A DNA stretch of 57,952 bases from Promethearchaeota archaeon (lineage in GTDB: Archaea > Asgardarchaeota > Lokiarchaeia > Sigyniarchaeales > SOKP01): assembly GCA_048938005.1 (NCBI GenBank), contig JBHLMQ010000014.1:1-57952 (forward strand), read 5' to 3'. This document shows positions 1-10,479 of this stretch, in pieces (position 1 is the stretch's first letter; every line of letters begins with the position of its first letter). Below the pieces are notes generated by a model. It saw only the letters and a list, made by a program, of their open reading frames with translations. It had not been told where the DNA came from and did not search any database. The position numbers were made by a program, and so were the translations under genes.

Positions 1-36
1 TTGTTTTATGAAATACTATAATAAATAGTTGTAAAT

Positions 37-2910
37 ATGAGTCAGAATTCAATTATTATTAAAGGAGCAAGGCAGAATAACCTTAAAAACATTGATGTTG
101 TAATTCCACGAAATAAATTAGTGGTTATTACTGGGATTAGTGGGAGTGGAAAGAGCAGTTTAGCGATGGACACGTTGTATGCTGAAGGACAGCGAAGATT
201 TCTGGAATCATTATCAAGTTATGCTAGACAATTTCTAGGTGAAATGGATAAACCTGATGTTGATTCAATTGATGGATTATCTCCTGCTATAGCAATCGAG
301 CAAAAGCCACTATCGAAAAATCCCCGAAGTACAGTAGGGACAGTAACCGAAATATATGATTATTATCGATTACTTTTTGCAAATATTGGGACTCCACATT
401 GTCCTAATTGTGGGAAAGAAATAAAGCCTCAAACCCCACAGCAAATTGTTGAGCAAGTTTTAAATTCTATTAAAGAAAATCAAAAATTTCTAATTAAAGC
501 GCCCGTTATAAGAGATAGGAAAGGAGAGTATAAAGAGCTTTTACAAGATCTAAAAAAGCAAGGATATGTGAGGGTCGAGATAGATGGCATCCAATATACA
601 TTAGATGAAGATATCTCCATGGAAAAGAATGTAAAACATAATATCAATGTCATTATAGATAGATTGATAATGAAAAAGGATATAAAAACAAGGTTAGCTG
701 ATTCTATTGAGATTGCTTTAGATTTAACAGATGGCTTAATTATTGTTGAGATTATTGGGAAAGAGGAGCAAACTTATTCAGAACATCTTGCTTGTGTTGA
801 TTGTGAAATATCGTTTCCTCCATTAGATCATAAAATGTTTTCATTTAATATACCTCACGGAAGCTGTAAGTATTGTAGTGGTTTAGGTACTGTCATGGAA
901 TTTGATTATGGTTTATTATTAGGAAATGATTTAGATGTTCCACTGCAAGAAACACCTATTAGAGATATACCTGGGTTTGGTTCTGAAAATGGGTATTCTT
1001 GGCAAACAATAGTTCAAGTTGCTAAGCATTTTGGATTCGACACTGATAGGACTCCAATTAAAGATATAGACCCAAAAAATCTTCATAAAATATTGTTTGG
1101 ATCTGAAAATGAATCAATTGATTTTCATTTTCAAAGCGATTATAATGATTATAAAAATCATAATAGTGAATTTAAATCTTCTTGGCAAGTTGTAAAGCCT
1201 TTTGAGGGCATAATTCCAATACTACATAGAAGGTATATGGAAACTCGTTCAGAATGGGCACGTGATATATACGAAAGTTTTATGAATCGGATAGATTGTC
1301 CACAGTGTAAAGGAAAAAGGTTAAAACCAGAGAGTCTAGCAGTAACTATAAATAATCTTAACATAGCTGAATTATCTACCTTATCAGTCAAGGATTCTTT
1401 AAAGTTTTTTAAAGAATTACAATTAAACGAAACTGAGAAAAAAATAGTAAAAGAAGTGTTAAAAGAGATATTAGATCGGTTATCTTTCCTTGAAAATGTT
1501 GGACTTGATTATATTTCATTAAACCGCCGTTCAGATACTTTATCTGTAGGAGAAGCAGAAAGAATTCGACTAGCTACTCAATTAGGCTCTAGTCTAGTAG
1601 GAGTATTATACGTTTTAGATGAGCCAAGCGTAGGATTACATCAAAGAGATATTCATCGTCTTATTGATATGTTAAAAAAGCTGAGGGACTTAGGAAATAC
1701 TGTTATTGTGGTTGAACATGATGAGGCAATAATGCGTAATGCGGATCATATTATCGATTTAGGACCATTAGCAGGTGAAAGAGGAGGTGAAATAGTAGCT
1801 GAAGGCCCAATAGAAGTTATTATTAATTCAAATACTTTAACAGGGGCATATTTATCAGGCAAAAAAAAAATCGAAATTCCAAAAAGTAGACGTAAAATCA
1901 GTAAAGAATTTGTTGAAATAAAAGGAGCAGAAGAAAATAATTTAAAAAATATTAATGTAAGAATACCTTTAGGATTATTCACTTGTATTACCGGAGTTTC
2001 AGGAGCTGGAAAAACTAGCTTAATTATTGATTGTTTATATAAAGGGCTTCATAATTTAGTTAATACACGGAGTTCAAAAATAAAGGAAGGTAAATTTAAT
2101 ACAATTTTAAACTATGAGAAAATTGATAAAATCATTAATATCGATCAGTCTCCAATAGGGAGAACTCCTCGATCAGTTCCAGCTACATATACTAAAGCTT
2201 TAGATTATATTAGAGAAATTTTTGCTGAAATACCAGAATCAAGAGAAAGAGGTTATAAGAAGGGAAGATTTAGCTTTAATACAAAAGCGGGACATTGTAA
2301 AAAGTGTAGAGGTACAGGATATATCCTTAAAGAAATGTATTTCTTACCAGATGTATATATAAAGTGCGATTTATGCAAAGGAAAACGATATAATGCTGAA
2401 ACATTAAACATCAAATATCATGGAAAATCAATCTATGATGTTTTAAAAATGACTTTCCATCAAGCTTTGGAATTCTTTGATAAAATTCCAAATTTAAAAA
2501 GAACTATAAAAACAGTTATTGATGTTGGATTAGGTTATTTAGAATTGGGACAATCTTCAACTACACTTAGTGGAGGGGAATCACAACGTCTAAAAATCGC
2601 AAGAGAATTGAGAAAAACAAGCACCGGAAACACACTTTATATTTTAGACGAGCCAACAACTGGTTTACACATGTATGATATTACATATTTACTTAAAGTT
2701 CTTCAAAAATTAGTAGATAAAGGTAATACTGTAATTATAATTGAACACAATATGGATATTATAAAATCTGTTGATTATATTATCGATCTTGGACCTGAAG
2801 GTGGAGAAAAAGGTGGGAATATTGTTGTAAGAGGAGCTCCAGAAGAAATTATTAAAAATAATTCATCTTTCACTGCTCAATACTTAAAAAAATATCTAAA
2901 CAATAATTAA
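37..2910 (+). CDS. uvrA: Excinuclease ABC subunit A
   Basis: N-terminal GARQNNLKN, two Walker A motifs (GISGSGKSS, GVSGAGKT), CxxC zinc fingers, LSGGESQR signature, LDEPTTGLH and DLGPEGGEKGG; 957 aa. Confidence 0.97.
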   Translation: MSQNSIIIKGARQNNLKNIDVVIPRNKLVVITGISGSGKSSLAMDTLYAEGQRRFLESLSSYARQFLGEMDKPDVDSIDGLSPAIAIEQKPLSKNPRSTVGTVTEIYDYYRLLFANIGTPHCPNCGKEIKPQTPQQIVEQVLNSIKENQKFLIKAPVIRDRKGEYKELLQDLKKQGYVRVEIDGIQYTLDEDISMEKNVKHNINVIIDRLIMKKDIKTRLADSIEIALDLTDGLIIVEIIGKEEQTYSEHLACVDCEISFPPLDHKMFSFNIPHGSCKYCSGLGTVMEFDYGLLLGNDLDVPLQETPIRDIPGFGSENGYSWQTIVQVAKHFGFDTDRTPIKDIDPKNLHKILFGSENESIDFHFQSDYNDYKNHNSEFKSSWQVVKPFEGIIPILHRRYMETRSEWARDIYESFMNRIDCPQCKGKRLKPESLAVTINNLNIAELSTLSVKDSLKFFKELQLNETEKKIVKEVLKEILDRLSFLENVGLDYISLNRRSDTLSVGEAERIRLATQLGSSLVGVLYVLDEPSVGLHQRDIHRLIDMLKKLRDLGNTVIVVEHDEAIMRNADHIIDLGPLAGERGGEIVAEGPIEVIINSNTLTGAYLSGKKKIEIPKSRRKISKEFVEIKGAEENNLKNINVRIPLGLFTCITGVSGAGKTSLIIDCLYKGLHNLVNTRSSKIKEGKFNTILNYEKIDKIINIDQSPIGRTPRSVPATYTKALDYIREIFAEIPESRERGYKKGRFSFNTKAGHCKKCRGTGYILKEMYFLPDVYIKCDLCKGKRYNAETLNIKYHGKSIYDVLKMTFHQALEFFDKIPNLKRTIKTVIDVGLGYLELGQSSTTLSGGESQRLKIARELRKTSTGNTLYILDEPTTGLHMYDITYLLKVLQKLVDKGNTVIIIEHNMDIIKSVDYIIDLGPEGGEKGGNIVVRGAPEEIIKNNSSFTAQYLKKYLNNN

Positions 2911-3031
2911 TTCTCAATTTGTATTTAATTATTTCTAAAATTTTAAAATAAACTTCTAAACTAATGGAAAATAACTTTATATTATAACTAATAATTAGAT
3001 TGTTAAAAACACAATTGGAGATTCGTGATAT

Positions 3032-4840
3032 ATGATGGGTGAAGTCGAAAGTAAAATAATCAGAGCCCCAATTGTTTGTATTTTAGGTCATATAGACCAT
3101 GGAAAAACAACTATATTAGATTATATAAGAGGTACAGTCGTTCAGAAAAGAGAAGCTGCAGGAATTACTCAACATATAGGTGCTTCTTATTTTCCAACTG
3201 CAGACATTAAAGAATTTTTAAGAAAATCTAAACAAGAATTTGCTGAAAAAAAAATAAATCTTCCTGGTATTTTAGTTGTAGATACGCCAGGTCATGCTGC
3301 TTTCCTAAATCTGAGAAAGCGTGGAGGTGCTGTTGCTGATATTGCAATTTTAGTTATAGATGTCACAGCAGGAACTATGCCAATAACATGGGAATCTGTT
3401 CGAATCTTAAGAGAGAGAAAAACACCCTTTGTTATCGCGGCTAATAAAATAGACAGAATTTCAGGTTGGAAATCTATAAAAGACGCAGATTTTCTCGATT
3501 CATATAATTCTCAAAAACCACATACTAAAGATTTCTTGGATGAAAAAGTTTTACAGATTATGGGAAATTTCCTGGAAGAAGGATTCAAAGGAATAGATCG
3601 ATATGATAAAATAAAAGATTTTACTAAAAAAATTGCAATTGTACCTACCAGTGGAAAGACAGGAGAAGGTATATCAACACTATTACTGATTTTGATGGGA
3701 TTAGTTCAACAATATTTAACAACAAATCTTAGATTTTCTGAAGGCGCAGCTAAAGGAGTTGTTCTAGAAGTTAAAAAAGAAAAAGGACAGGGAAAAACCA
3801 TAGATGTACTCATCTATGATGGAATAATTAAAAAAGGTGATGAATTTATTGTTGGGGGTTTAGAAAAACCTATTAAATCGAAAGCAAGAGCATTACTTAC
3901 TCCTAAACCATTAGATGAAATACGGGATCCTAGACAAAAATTTGATTCTGTTGATGTTATAAGTGCTGCTGCTGGTATTAAAATCCTAGCTCCTAATATC
4001 GATGATGTGGTAGCTGGTTCTCCATTTCGAAGTATTATGGATCCTTCTGAAGAGGAATTAGTATATAAAGAAATTGAATCCGAAGTAGAGAGCATTAGGA
4101 TAAAAACTGACAAAGCTGGAGTAGTCTTAAAAGCAGATACTTTAGGCTCGCTTGAGGCTTTAGAAAATTTTTTTACTAAAAATGGAGTTAAAATTAGCGT
4201 TGCTGATGTTGGGCCAATAAAAAAAGAAGATATAATTAATGCTAATATAGTAAAACAATTAGATCCATATTCTGCAACAGTATTAGGGTTTAATGTTCCG
4301 ATATTACCTGAAGCTAATGAACAAGCTATTAATGATAATATAAGAATCTTCACAAATAATGTAATTTATCGATTATTAGAAGAGTATATTGAATATGCTG
4401 AAACGAGAAAAGCTGAAGATACAGCTAAAGGATTAAGTGAATTAATTTTGCCTGCGAAGATAAAAATGTTCCCAGAATTTATATTTAGAAATTCAGATCC
4501 CGCGGTATTCGGCGTACATGTCGAAGCTGGAATTTTGTATCCAAAAGTCCCTTTAATAACCGATAATGGTAAAAAAGTCAGAAGAGTTCATCAAATTCAA
4601 GATAAAGGTCAAACAATAGAAAAAGCACCTAAAGATTCTGAGGTAGCAATCTCTATCCGCGGTATTGAAATAGGTAAAGATATAGGAAAAGATGAAACTC
4701 TATATGTTAATGTCCCTGAATCTCATGTTAGGCAATTAATGGGAAAATTTATTGATGAGTTAACCACAGATCAAAAACAAGCTTTAAGAGAATTTATAAC
4801 TCTTATGCGAAGCGTAAATCATCCTTGGTGGGGGATGTAA
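3032..4840 (+). CDS. infB: Translation initiation factor aIF5B (archaeal IF-2)
   Basis: RAPIVCILGHIDHGKTT, GITQHIGA, DTPGH, NKID, KADTLGSLEAL; about 600 aa, archaeal length. Confidence 0.97.
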   Translation: MMGEVESKIIRAPIVCILGHIDHGKTTILDYIRGTVVQKREAAGITQHIGASYFPTADIKEFLRKSKQEFAEKKINLPGILVVDTPGHAAFLNLRKRGGAVADIAILVIDVTAGTMPITWESVRILRERKTPFVIAANKIDRISGWKSIKDADFLDSYNSQKPHTKDFLDEKVLQIMGNFLEEGFKGIDRYDKIKDFTKKIAIVPTSGKTGEGISTLLLILMGLVQQYLTTNLRFSEGAAKGVVLEVKKEKGQGKTIDVLIYDGIIKKGDEFIVGGLEKPIKSKARALLTPKPLDEIRDPRQKFDSVDVISAAAGIKILAPNIDDVVAGSPFRSIMDPSEEELVYKEIESEVESIRIKTDKAGVVLKADTLGSLEALENFFTKNGVKISVADVGPIKKEDIINANIVKQLDPYSATVLGFNVPILPEANEQAINDNIRIFTNNVIYRLLEEYIEYAETRKAEDTAKGLSELILPAKIKMFPEFIFRNSDPAVFGVHVEAGILYPKVPLITDNGKKVRRVHQIQDKGQTIEKAPKDSEVAISIRGIEIGKDIGKDETLYVNVPESHVRQLMGKFIDELTTDQKQALREFITLMRSVNHPWWGM

Positions 4841-4848
4841 TCAGCTTT

Positions 4849-6330
4849 ATGTCCGAAATTGATGAAATTTTTACAAAAATCTTAAAGGAAATTACTCCAT
4901 CTAAAAAAGAAATCGCTTTAATTAAGGAGATAAATGAGAAACTAATAGACTTATTGGATAAAAAGGCAAAAGAATTAGATTTTCTTTATTCAAAAATAGA
5001 ACCTCAAGGTTCAACCGGGATAAAACAAACCCAACTAAAAAACGATTTTGATATCGACCTTTTTATAGGACTAGATTATAATCAATTTAAGCCAAAGTAT
5101 AAAGGTTTAAGTAAAAACAAATTAAAAAAAGAGTCTAAGAAAGATTTTTTGGCATTATGTAATAATTGGATTCTTCAAAGCCTAACTTTGGACGAATTTC
5201 ACAACCCTCGTCTTTTATATGCTGAACATCCCTATGTTACAGTAGAATATCTCTTAGATGATATAAAAGTAAAGATTGATATCGTATTATATTTTGAATT
5301 AGACTTAGAATACATTAAAAAGAATGGACCCGTAACTGCAGTTGATAGGTCTCCTTGGCATGGTAGTTTTGTTAGAGATAAGTTGACCCCTAAACAAAAA
5401 AATGATGTGAGGCTTTTAAAGCAATTCTTTAAATCTTGTTATAGTTATGGCGATAAAAGCCCAGTAGGAAAAGTTGGATTCATAGGCTATAGTGCTGAGT
5501 TATTGATTTACTACTTTGAAGATATTACGAATCTTTTTTATAATTTTAATGAGTTATATAAGAAACCACTCGACTATTACAACAGAAATAAGGAAGAATT
5601 GGCTAATATTCCTCATTTTCAAAATGATTATCTCATTATCATAGATCCTGTTGATAAAAATCGGAATGTTGCTTCAGCCATTTCTGAAAGAGCATATAAA
5701 TATTGTAATCATAAAATTGGCGAATTTTTAAAAAAACCAAGCCTGGATTTTTTTAATATTATACCAATTCAGGAAGCAAATTTATCTGATAAAAAAGATC
5801 CAATTCTTTCACATATAAATATCATCGAATTACAAAATACAAACAAGGAGATACATTACACAATTAATAGGGATAAATTGTATTCCTTAGGAGAAAGTAT
5901 TAAAGCTAATGGAGAAAAAGAATTTTCTCATGTTGAACGTTTTGGCAAGATAATTTTCGAAGTTTATTTCGAGGATGATAAAGAACAATACAACTTAGCT
6001 ATTTATTGCGAAAAACCACACATTACAAATACATATATTCGAAAAGGACCCCCAATTAGAGAAACAAAACATGCTATTAACTTTAAAAAGAAAAATCCTG
6101 GATACTTCGAAAAAGAAGGCTATCTATGGGTCGAGACTTCAAGGGAATTTAACAAATTCTTTGATTTTTTAAATGATTTTGTTAAAAATAAAATTCCTGA
6201 TAATTTTGAAGTGATCAATATTTCAACAGCATATAATACTAAGAGATCTTCAGGGAAAAAAGCTATAACTATTTTGAAAAATATGGTTTTACCTTTCTTT
6301 ATTGAAGATTCCATGTGCTTCAGGGATTAA
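4849..6330 (+). CDS. cca: Class I (archaeal) CCA-adding tRNA nucleotidyltransferase
   Basis: GS...DIDLF nucleotidyltransferase motif, YAEHPYV, TAVDRSPWH, GFIGYSAELL, DPVDKNRNVASA. ATG at 4849 preferred over the overlapping TTG at 4825. Confidence 0.92.
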   Translation: MSEIDEIFTKILKEITPSKKEIALIKEINEKLIDLLDKKAKELDFLYSKIEPQGSTGIKQTQLKNDFDIDLFIGLDYNQFKPKYKGLSKNKLKKESKKDFLALCNNWILQSLTLDEFHNPRLLYAEHPYVTVEYLLDDIKVKIDIVLYFELDLEYIKKNGPVTAVDRSPWHGSFVRDKLTPKQKNDVRLLKQFFKSCYSYGDKSPVGKVGFIGYSAELLIYYFEDITNLFYNFNELYKKPLDYYNRNKEELANIPHFQNDYLIIIDPVDKNRNVASAISERAYKYCNHKIGEFLKKPSLDFFNIIPIQEANLSDKKDPILSHINIIELQNTNKEIHYTINRDKLYSLGESIKANGEKEFSHVERFGKIIFEVYFEDDKEQYNLAIYCEKPHITNTYIRKGPPIRETKHAINFKKKNPGYFEKEGYLWVETSREFNKFFDFLNDFVKNKIPDNFEVINISTAYNTKRSSGKKAITILKNMVLPFFIEDSMCFRD

Positions 6331-6547
6331 GATTATGACCTTATTATACAAATATCTTATGGCAATTAAAAATATAATAAAATTATATCTTTTTATATAA
6401 ATTTGAATTTATTGTATTCTCTATAATCTGTTTATACTGAAATTATTAATTTATTTAATAGAATCATAAAACTTTTATGATTTCTCGTATTCATTTCTTC
6501 AATTATAACATGAGAATTTAACATAATTCGTACAATGTGAACAAATA

Positions 6548-8800
6548 ATGGTTAAAGTTAAAAATCCAGACGAAATCGCCAAACTAGTCACTTCTGGTTC
6601 ATATGAAAAGAAAAGGATTTTCAGTATCACTGCTCACATTGACCACGGAAAAACTACTGCTACAGATTACTTATTACGTAGAGCTGGACTTATGAGACCT
6701 GAAGATGCAGGTCAACTTCAGATGACCGATTCAGATGATGAAGAACAAGAAAGAGGAATTACTATATTCACTTCTGTAGTGCTCCTTGCATTCAATGACC
6801 CACGAAAGCCTGATGATGAGGAATCTTATATTATACAACTTAACGATACTCCTGGCCATATAAGTTTTACAGGAGAAGTCTCACGAGCACTTAGAGGTAG
6901 TGATGGAGCTATAATATTAGTAGATGCTCTTGAAGGAGTTATGACTCAGACTGAAACTAATATTAGACTATCTGTTGGTGAAGAGTATTGTAAACCGGTT
7001 CTTTTTATTAATAAAGTTGATAGATTAATTAGCGAATTGAAACTAAGTCCCGAAGAAACCTTTGCAAAAATTGATAAAATTACAAGAGAAGTCAATGATT
7101 TAATTAGAAAGGTCAGGCCAGAAGGTTCCGATTGGGGAATAGATTTTGCTAAGAATTCAGTGGCTGTGGGTTCTGCTAAGCATGGATGGGGTTTTACGTA
7201 TGAAATCCTTCTTGAAAAAGGTATGAAACCTCAAGATGTTTTTGCGAAATACAATGAAGGAGATATTCAGTGGCTAAGAGATAACCTACCATTAGATGAA
7301 CCTATGTTGAGAATGATTGTAGACCATCTTCCTGACCCTATTACCGCTGCTAAATATAGAATCCCACATATTTGGGGAGGTGATCCAAATTCTAATTTAG
7401 GACAAGCTCTCGTTAAGAGTGACCCAAATGGACCACTATATGGTATGATTACTAAGATTTTCTTGGATCCGAGAAGAAACTATCAAGCTACATTGATAGG
7501 CAGAGTATTCAGTGGCACGTTTGATCAAACAGATTCAATTTACCTTGTAAATAGTGATACAAGTAATCGAGTGAAAAGACTGGGTGTCATGGAAATAACA
7601 GATATTTTAGACATTCCTAAGATTCCTGCAGGAAATTTATTTGCCCTCTTTGGGTTTATTTGTCCTTCTGGTGAAACTTTTATGTCTCCAAACGATGTTC
7701 CGAAGGACAAAGAAGAAAAGAAGAGAATCCCCTCCTTCGAAAAAATTCATTATGCATGTGAAGCTGTCGTCTCAAGAAGTATAAAATCTAAGGATCCACA
7801 TGAAATTGATAAATTAGATGATGTTGTAGATAAATGGCTTAAGGCAGATCCAACAGCGGAATATAGAAGGGATGAAGAATCTGGTGAATTCATACTTTCT
7901 GGGATAGATCCACTCCAAATCGAGATTTTGGTTAAAAGGATTAACAATCAAGTGAAAATCGACATCGGTGAACCAATTATCGTCTATCGAGAAAAAATTA
8001 CTAAAAAGAGTCCAGATTATTATACAAAATCAGCAAATACACATAACCGTATTTTATTATACATTGAGCCATTGGATGAAACAACTGAAAGATTAATTGA
8101 AACTGGAAAAGTTAATGATCTACAGAATGAAAAGGATAGAGCTCAGATACTTAGAGAAGAAGCAGGGTGGGATGCCAAGGAGGCAAGACGTATCGTTGAT
8201 GTATATCTAGGAAGTGTTCTTGTAAATGGGACTTCTGGATTACAGAGATTTGATCGTGTTAGATCTTATTTGAGCGCTGCGTTTAGAGATTGGCTTGGTA
8301 ATTGTATTTTAGCTAAAGAACCTGCTACGGGAATTAAAGTTGTATTTACAGATATGACCATCCATGAAGATCCTCGCCATACTCAATATGGACAGATTGC
8401 AGGAATGGCATTCTCTGCTTTATCGCTATCTATGCTAGAAGCAGAGCCTCATCTCTTTGAGCCAATCCAGAGAATAGATGTAAAAACACCACAGGGAACT
8501 GAAGGAGGAGTAACTTCAATTATAACAAAGCGAAGAGGACGCATAACTAATGTTATTCCTGAAGGAGAATATGTAAGAATCCAAGGTCAAATTCCAGCTG
8601 CTGAAACGATTGGGATTGCTGATGACATTAGAGGTTCAACTCAGGGAAGAGCATTTTTCGGATATGAGTTCAAGGGTTTCGAGAAAGTACCTTCAAGTTT
8701 GGAAGAAAGCATTATTATGGAGATTCGAAAACGCAAAAATATGCCATTAGAATTACCAAACAGAAAAAGCTGGGAGCGATTTATTTATAAAAGGACCTAA
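6548..8800 (+). CDS. fusA: Translation elongation factor 2 (aEF-2), diphthamide loop reads HEDPRHTQ
   Basis: AHIDHGKTT, EQERGITI, DTPGH, NKVD, GSAK, IRGSTQGRA; 750 aa. Confidence 0.95.
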   Translation: MVKVKNPDEIAKLVTSGSYEKKRIFSITAHIDHGKTTATDYLLRRAGLMRPEDAGQLQMTDSDDEEQERGITIFTSVVLLAFNDPRKPDDEESYIIQLNDTPGHISFTGEVSRALRGSDGAIILVDALEGVMTQTETNIRLSVGEEYCKPVLFINKVDRLISELKLSPEETFAKIDKITREVNDLIRKVRPEGSDWGIDFAKNSVAVGSAKHGWGFTYEILLEKGMKPQDVFAKYNEGDIQWLRDNLPLDEPMLRMIVDHLPDPITAAKYRIPHIWGGDPNSNLGQALVKSDPNGPLYGMITKIFLDPRRNYQATLIGRVFSGTFDQTDSIYLVNSDTSNRVKRLGVMEITDILDIPKIPAGNLFALFGFICPSGETFMSPNDVPKDKEEKKRIPSFEKIHYACEAVVSRSIKSKDPHEIDKLDDVVDKWLKADPTAEYRRDEESGEFILSGIDPLQIEILVKRINNQVKIDIGEPIIVYREKITKKSPDYYTKSANTHNRILLYIEPLDETTERLIETGKVNDLQNEKDRAQILREEAGWDAKEARRIVDVYLGSVLVNGTSGLQRFDRVRSYLSAAFRDWLGNCILAKEPATGIKVVFTDMTIHEDPRHTQYGQIAGMAFSALSLSMLEAEPHLFEPIQRIDVKTPQGTEGGVTSIITKRRGRITNVIPEGEYVRIQGQIPAAETIGIADDIRGSTQGRAFFGYEFKGFEKVPSSLEESIIMEIRKRKNMPLELPNRKSWERFIYKRT

Positions 8801-8943
8801 CATTTCTTAAAACTTTTCTTTAACAAAAATCGTATTGATATTCAGAATTAAAGCGCGTTTATTATCTCTATATTCTTAAATTGAATGAAGACTATGATTA
8901 ATTAATAAAGAGATTAGATTATTATAAGTAGAGATATTGATTT

Positions 8944-9498
8944 TTATATCGTAGCTCGTTGATATAATTTAAATACTAAAGTCTGAAAAGCTTCTTTAAC
9001 ACCTTGTCCTGTTAAAGCACTCGTTCTGAAATATTTAATAATATTGTGGTCTTGGGCAAATTTGTTAACATGAACATCTGAAGTTTCATAATTTGGACTA
9101 AAAGCTATTGCATTTTGATCGACTAAATCAGCTTTATTTCCAAATAATAAAATGGGTATATTCCCACAAGCCTCTTTAATATTTGATAGCCATTTATTAA
9201 TATTACGGTAAGTTTCAATTTCTTCAGGGGCAAGAGAAAACACTATAATTGCGCCGCTACTTCCTTTATAAAATCTATCACGTAGGGTACTGAATGATTC
9301 TTGACCGGCTAAATCCCACAAAAATAACTCTACCATTTCTCCACCTACATTTTCTTCATATCTCGAGAATTGCATACCTAGGGTTGAAATATAATCTTTT
9401 TCAAATGTATTTGTCGTATATCTTTTAATTAGCGAAGTTTTCCCTACAGCAGCATCTCCAACTACAGTTATTTTAAAACCAAAAGCTTTTTCACTCAT
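8944..9498 (-). CDS. Rab-like small GTPase (Ras superfamily)
   Basis: G1 GDAAVGKT, G2 YISTLG, G3 WDLAGQ, G4 NKAD, G5 TSAL; no C-terminal prenylation cysteine. Confidence 0.93.
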   Translation of the reverse strand: MSEKAFGFKITVVGDAAVGKTSLIKRYTTNTFEKDYISTLGMQFSRYEENVGGEMVELFLWDLAGQESFSTLRDRFYKGSSGAIIVFSLAPEEIETYRNINKWLSNIKEACGNIPILLFGNKADLVDQNAIAFSPNYETSDVHVNKFAQDHNIIKYFRTSALTGQGVKEAFQTLVFKLYQRATI

Positions 9499-9649
9499 CT
9501 TTTATATTTAAATATAATTTTCTTATTTATTTTACTAATAGTATAAATAAGATTTTTTAAGCCTTGCTAACACAATATTAATAGCGTAATCTTATTGGAT
9601 CCTTACTTATTAAAAATCATAATTTATGGGATAAATAGCCTATAGTTAT

Positions 9650-10357
9650 TTAAATATTGAAGAGATTAATTAATTGCTCAGTATTATCTACTAGAATATC
9701 GGGTTTATGTTCAAGTAATGTTTCCTTTTGGGCAAGTCCACTTGCAACACATATCATTCGAGTTTTAGCAGCCTTTCCAGCCTCAATATCAGTCGACATG
9801 TCACCAATAAAAATAGCTTCTGAGGGTTTAATTTTCCATTCATCAAGAATTTTGAGGATTCCTTCAGGGTTAGGTTTTACTTCTGTTACTTCATTAAAAC
9901 CTATTATTGTTCCAAAATAATTAGTTAAATTAAATTTCTCTAATACTTCTTCAGCATATTGACTCTTGTTATTTGTCAATATTGCTAATTTTAATCTTTT
10001 TGATAACTTAGAAATTAAACCATCTATACCATTAAATATAATAGCTTCTTCTCTATATTTATTAAATTGATTGAATAAGAAAATAGCTATACGCAATTTT
10101 TTGAAAAAACTTAATCCTTCTAAAGATTTTATTTTTAATAATTCAAAGGAATTAAGGAGAATTTTAGGTACAGGATAATTTTGGATCTCTTCGATTAGAT
10201 GAGCGATTTCCTCCATAACAGCATCGCGGTTAACCTTTAATTCATATTTTTCTATCCCATCATCAACTGCTTTTTTTATCGCATCTGTAATATCATAAAT
10301 CACACCATCTAGGTCAAAAATTATACCTTTATAATTTTCTAAGTTTATTTTATCCAT
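9650..10357 (-). CDS. HAD-superfamily hydrolase, subfamily IA (phosphoglycolate phosphatase-like)
   Basis: IIFDLDGV, ILTNN, KPNP, FIGDMSTDIEAG motifs. Confidence 0.9.
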   Translation of the reverse strand: MDKINLENYKGIIFDLDGVIYDITDAIKKAVDDGIEKYELKVNRDAVMEEIAHLIEEIQNYPVPKILLNSFELLKIKSLEGLSFFKKLRIAIFLFNQFNKYREEAIIFNGIDGLISKLSKRLKLAILTNNKSQYAEEVLEKFNLTNYFGTIIGFNEVTEVKPNPEGILKILDEWKIKPSEAIFIGDMSTDIEAGKAAKTRMICVASGLAQKETLLEHKPDILVDNTEQLINLFNI

Positions 10358-10479
10358 ATTAATGTGAATTAATATTTAGCATAATTTTAATTATACGAAT
10401 CTCAAAATTTATAGAATCAAAGAACTATTATTTATATTAAGTTTAAAAACTAATGTTTACTTCTTAAAATCTGTAGCTT

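Noticed and set aside
4825-4848. Long overlap of cca with infB from the TTG start
   Set aside because: ATG at 4849, just after the infB stop, gives a normal N-terminus.
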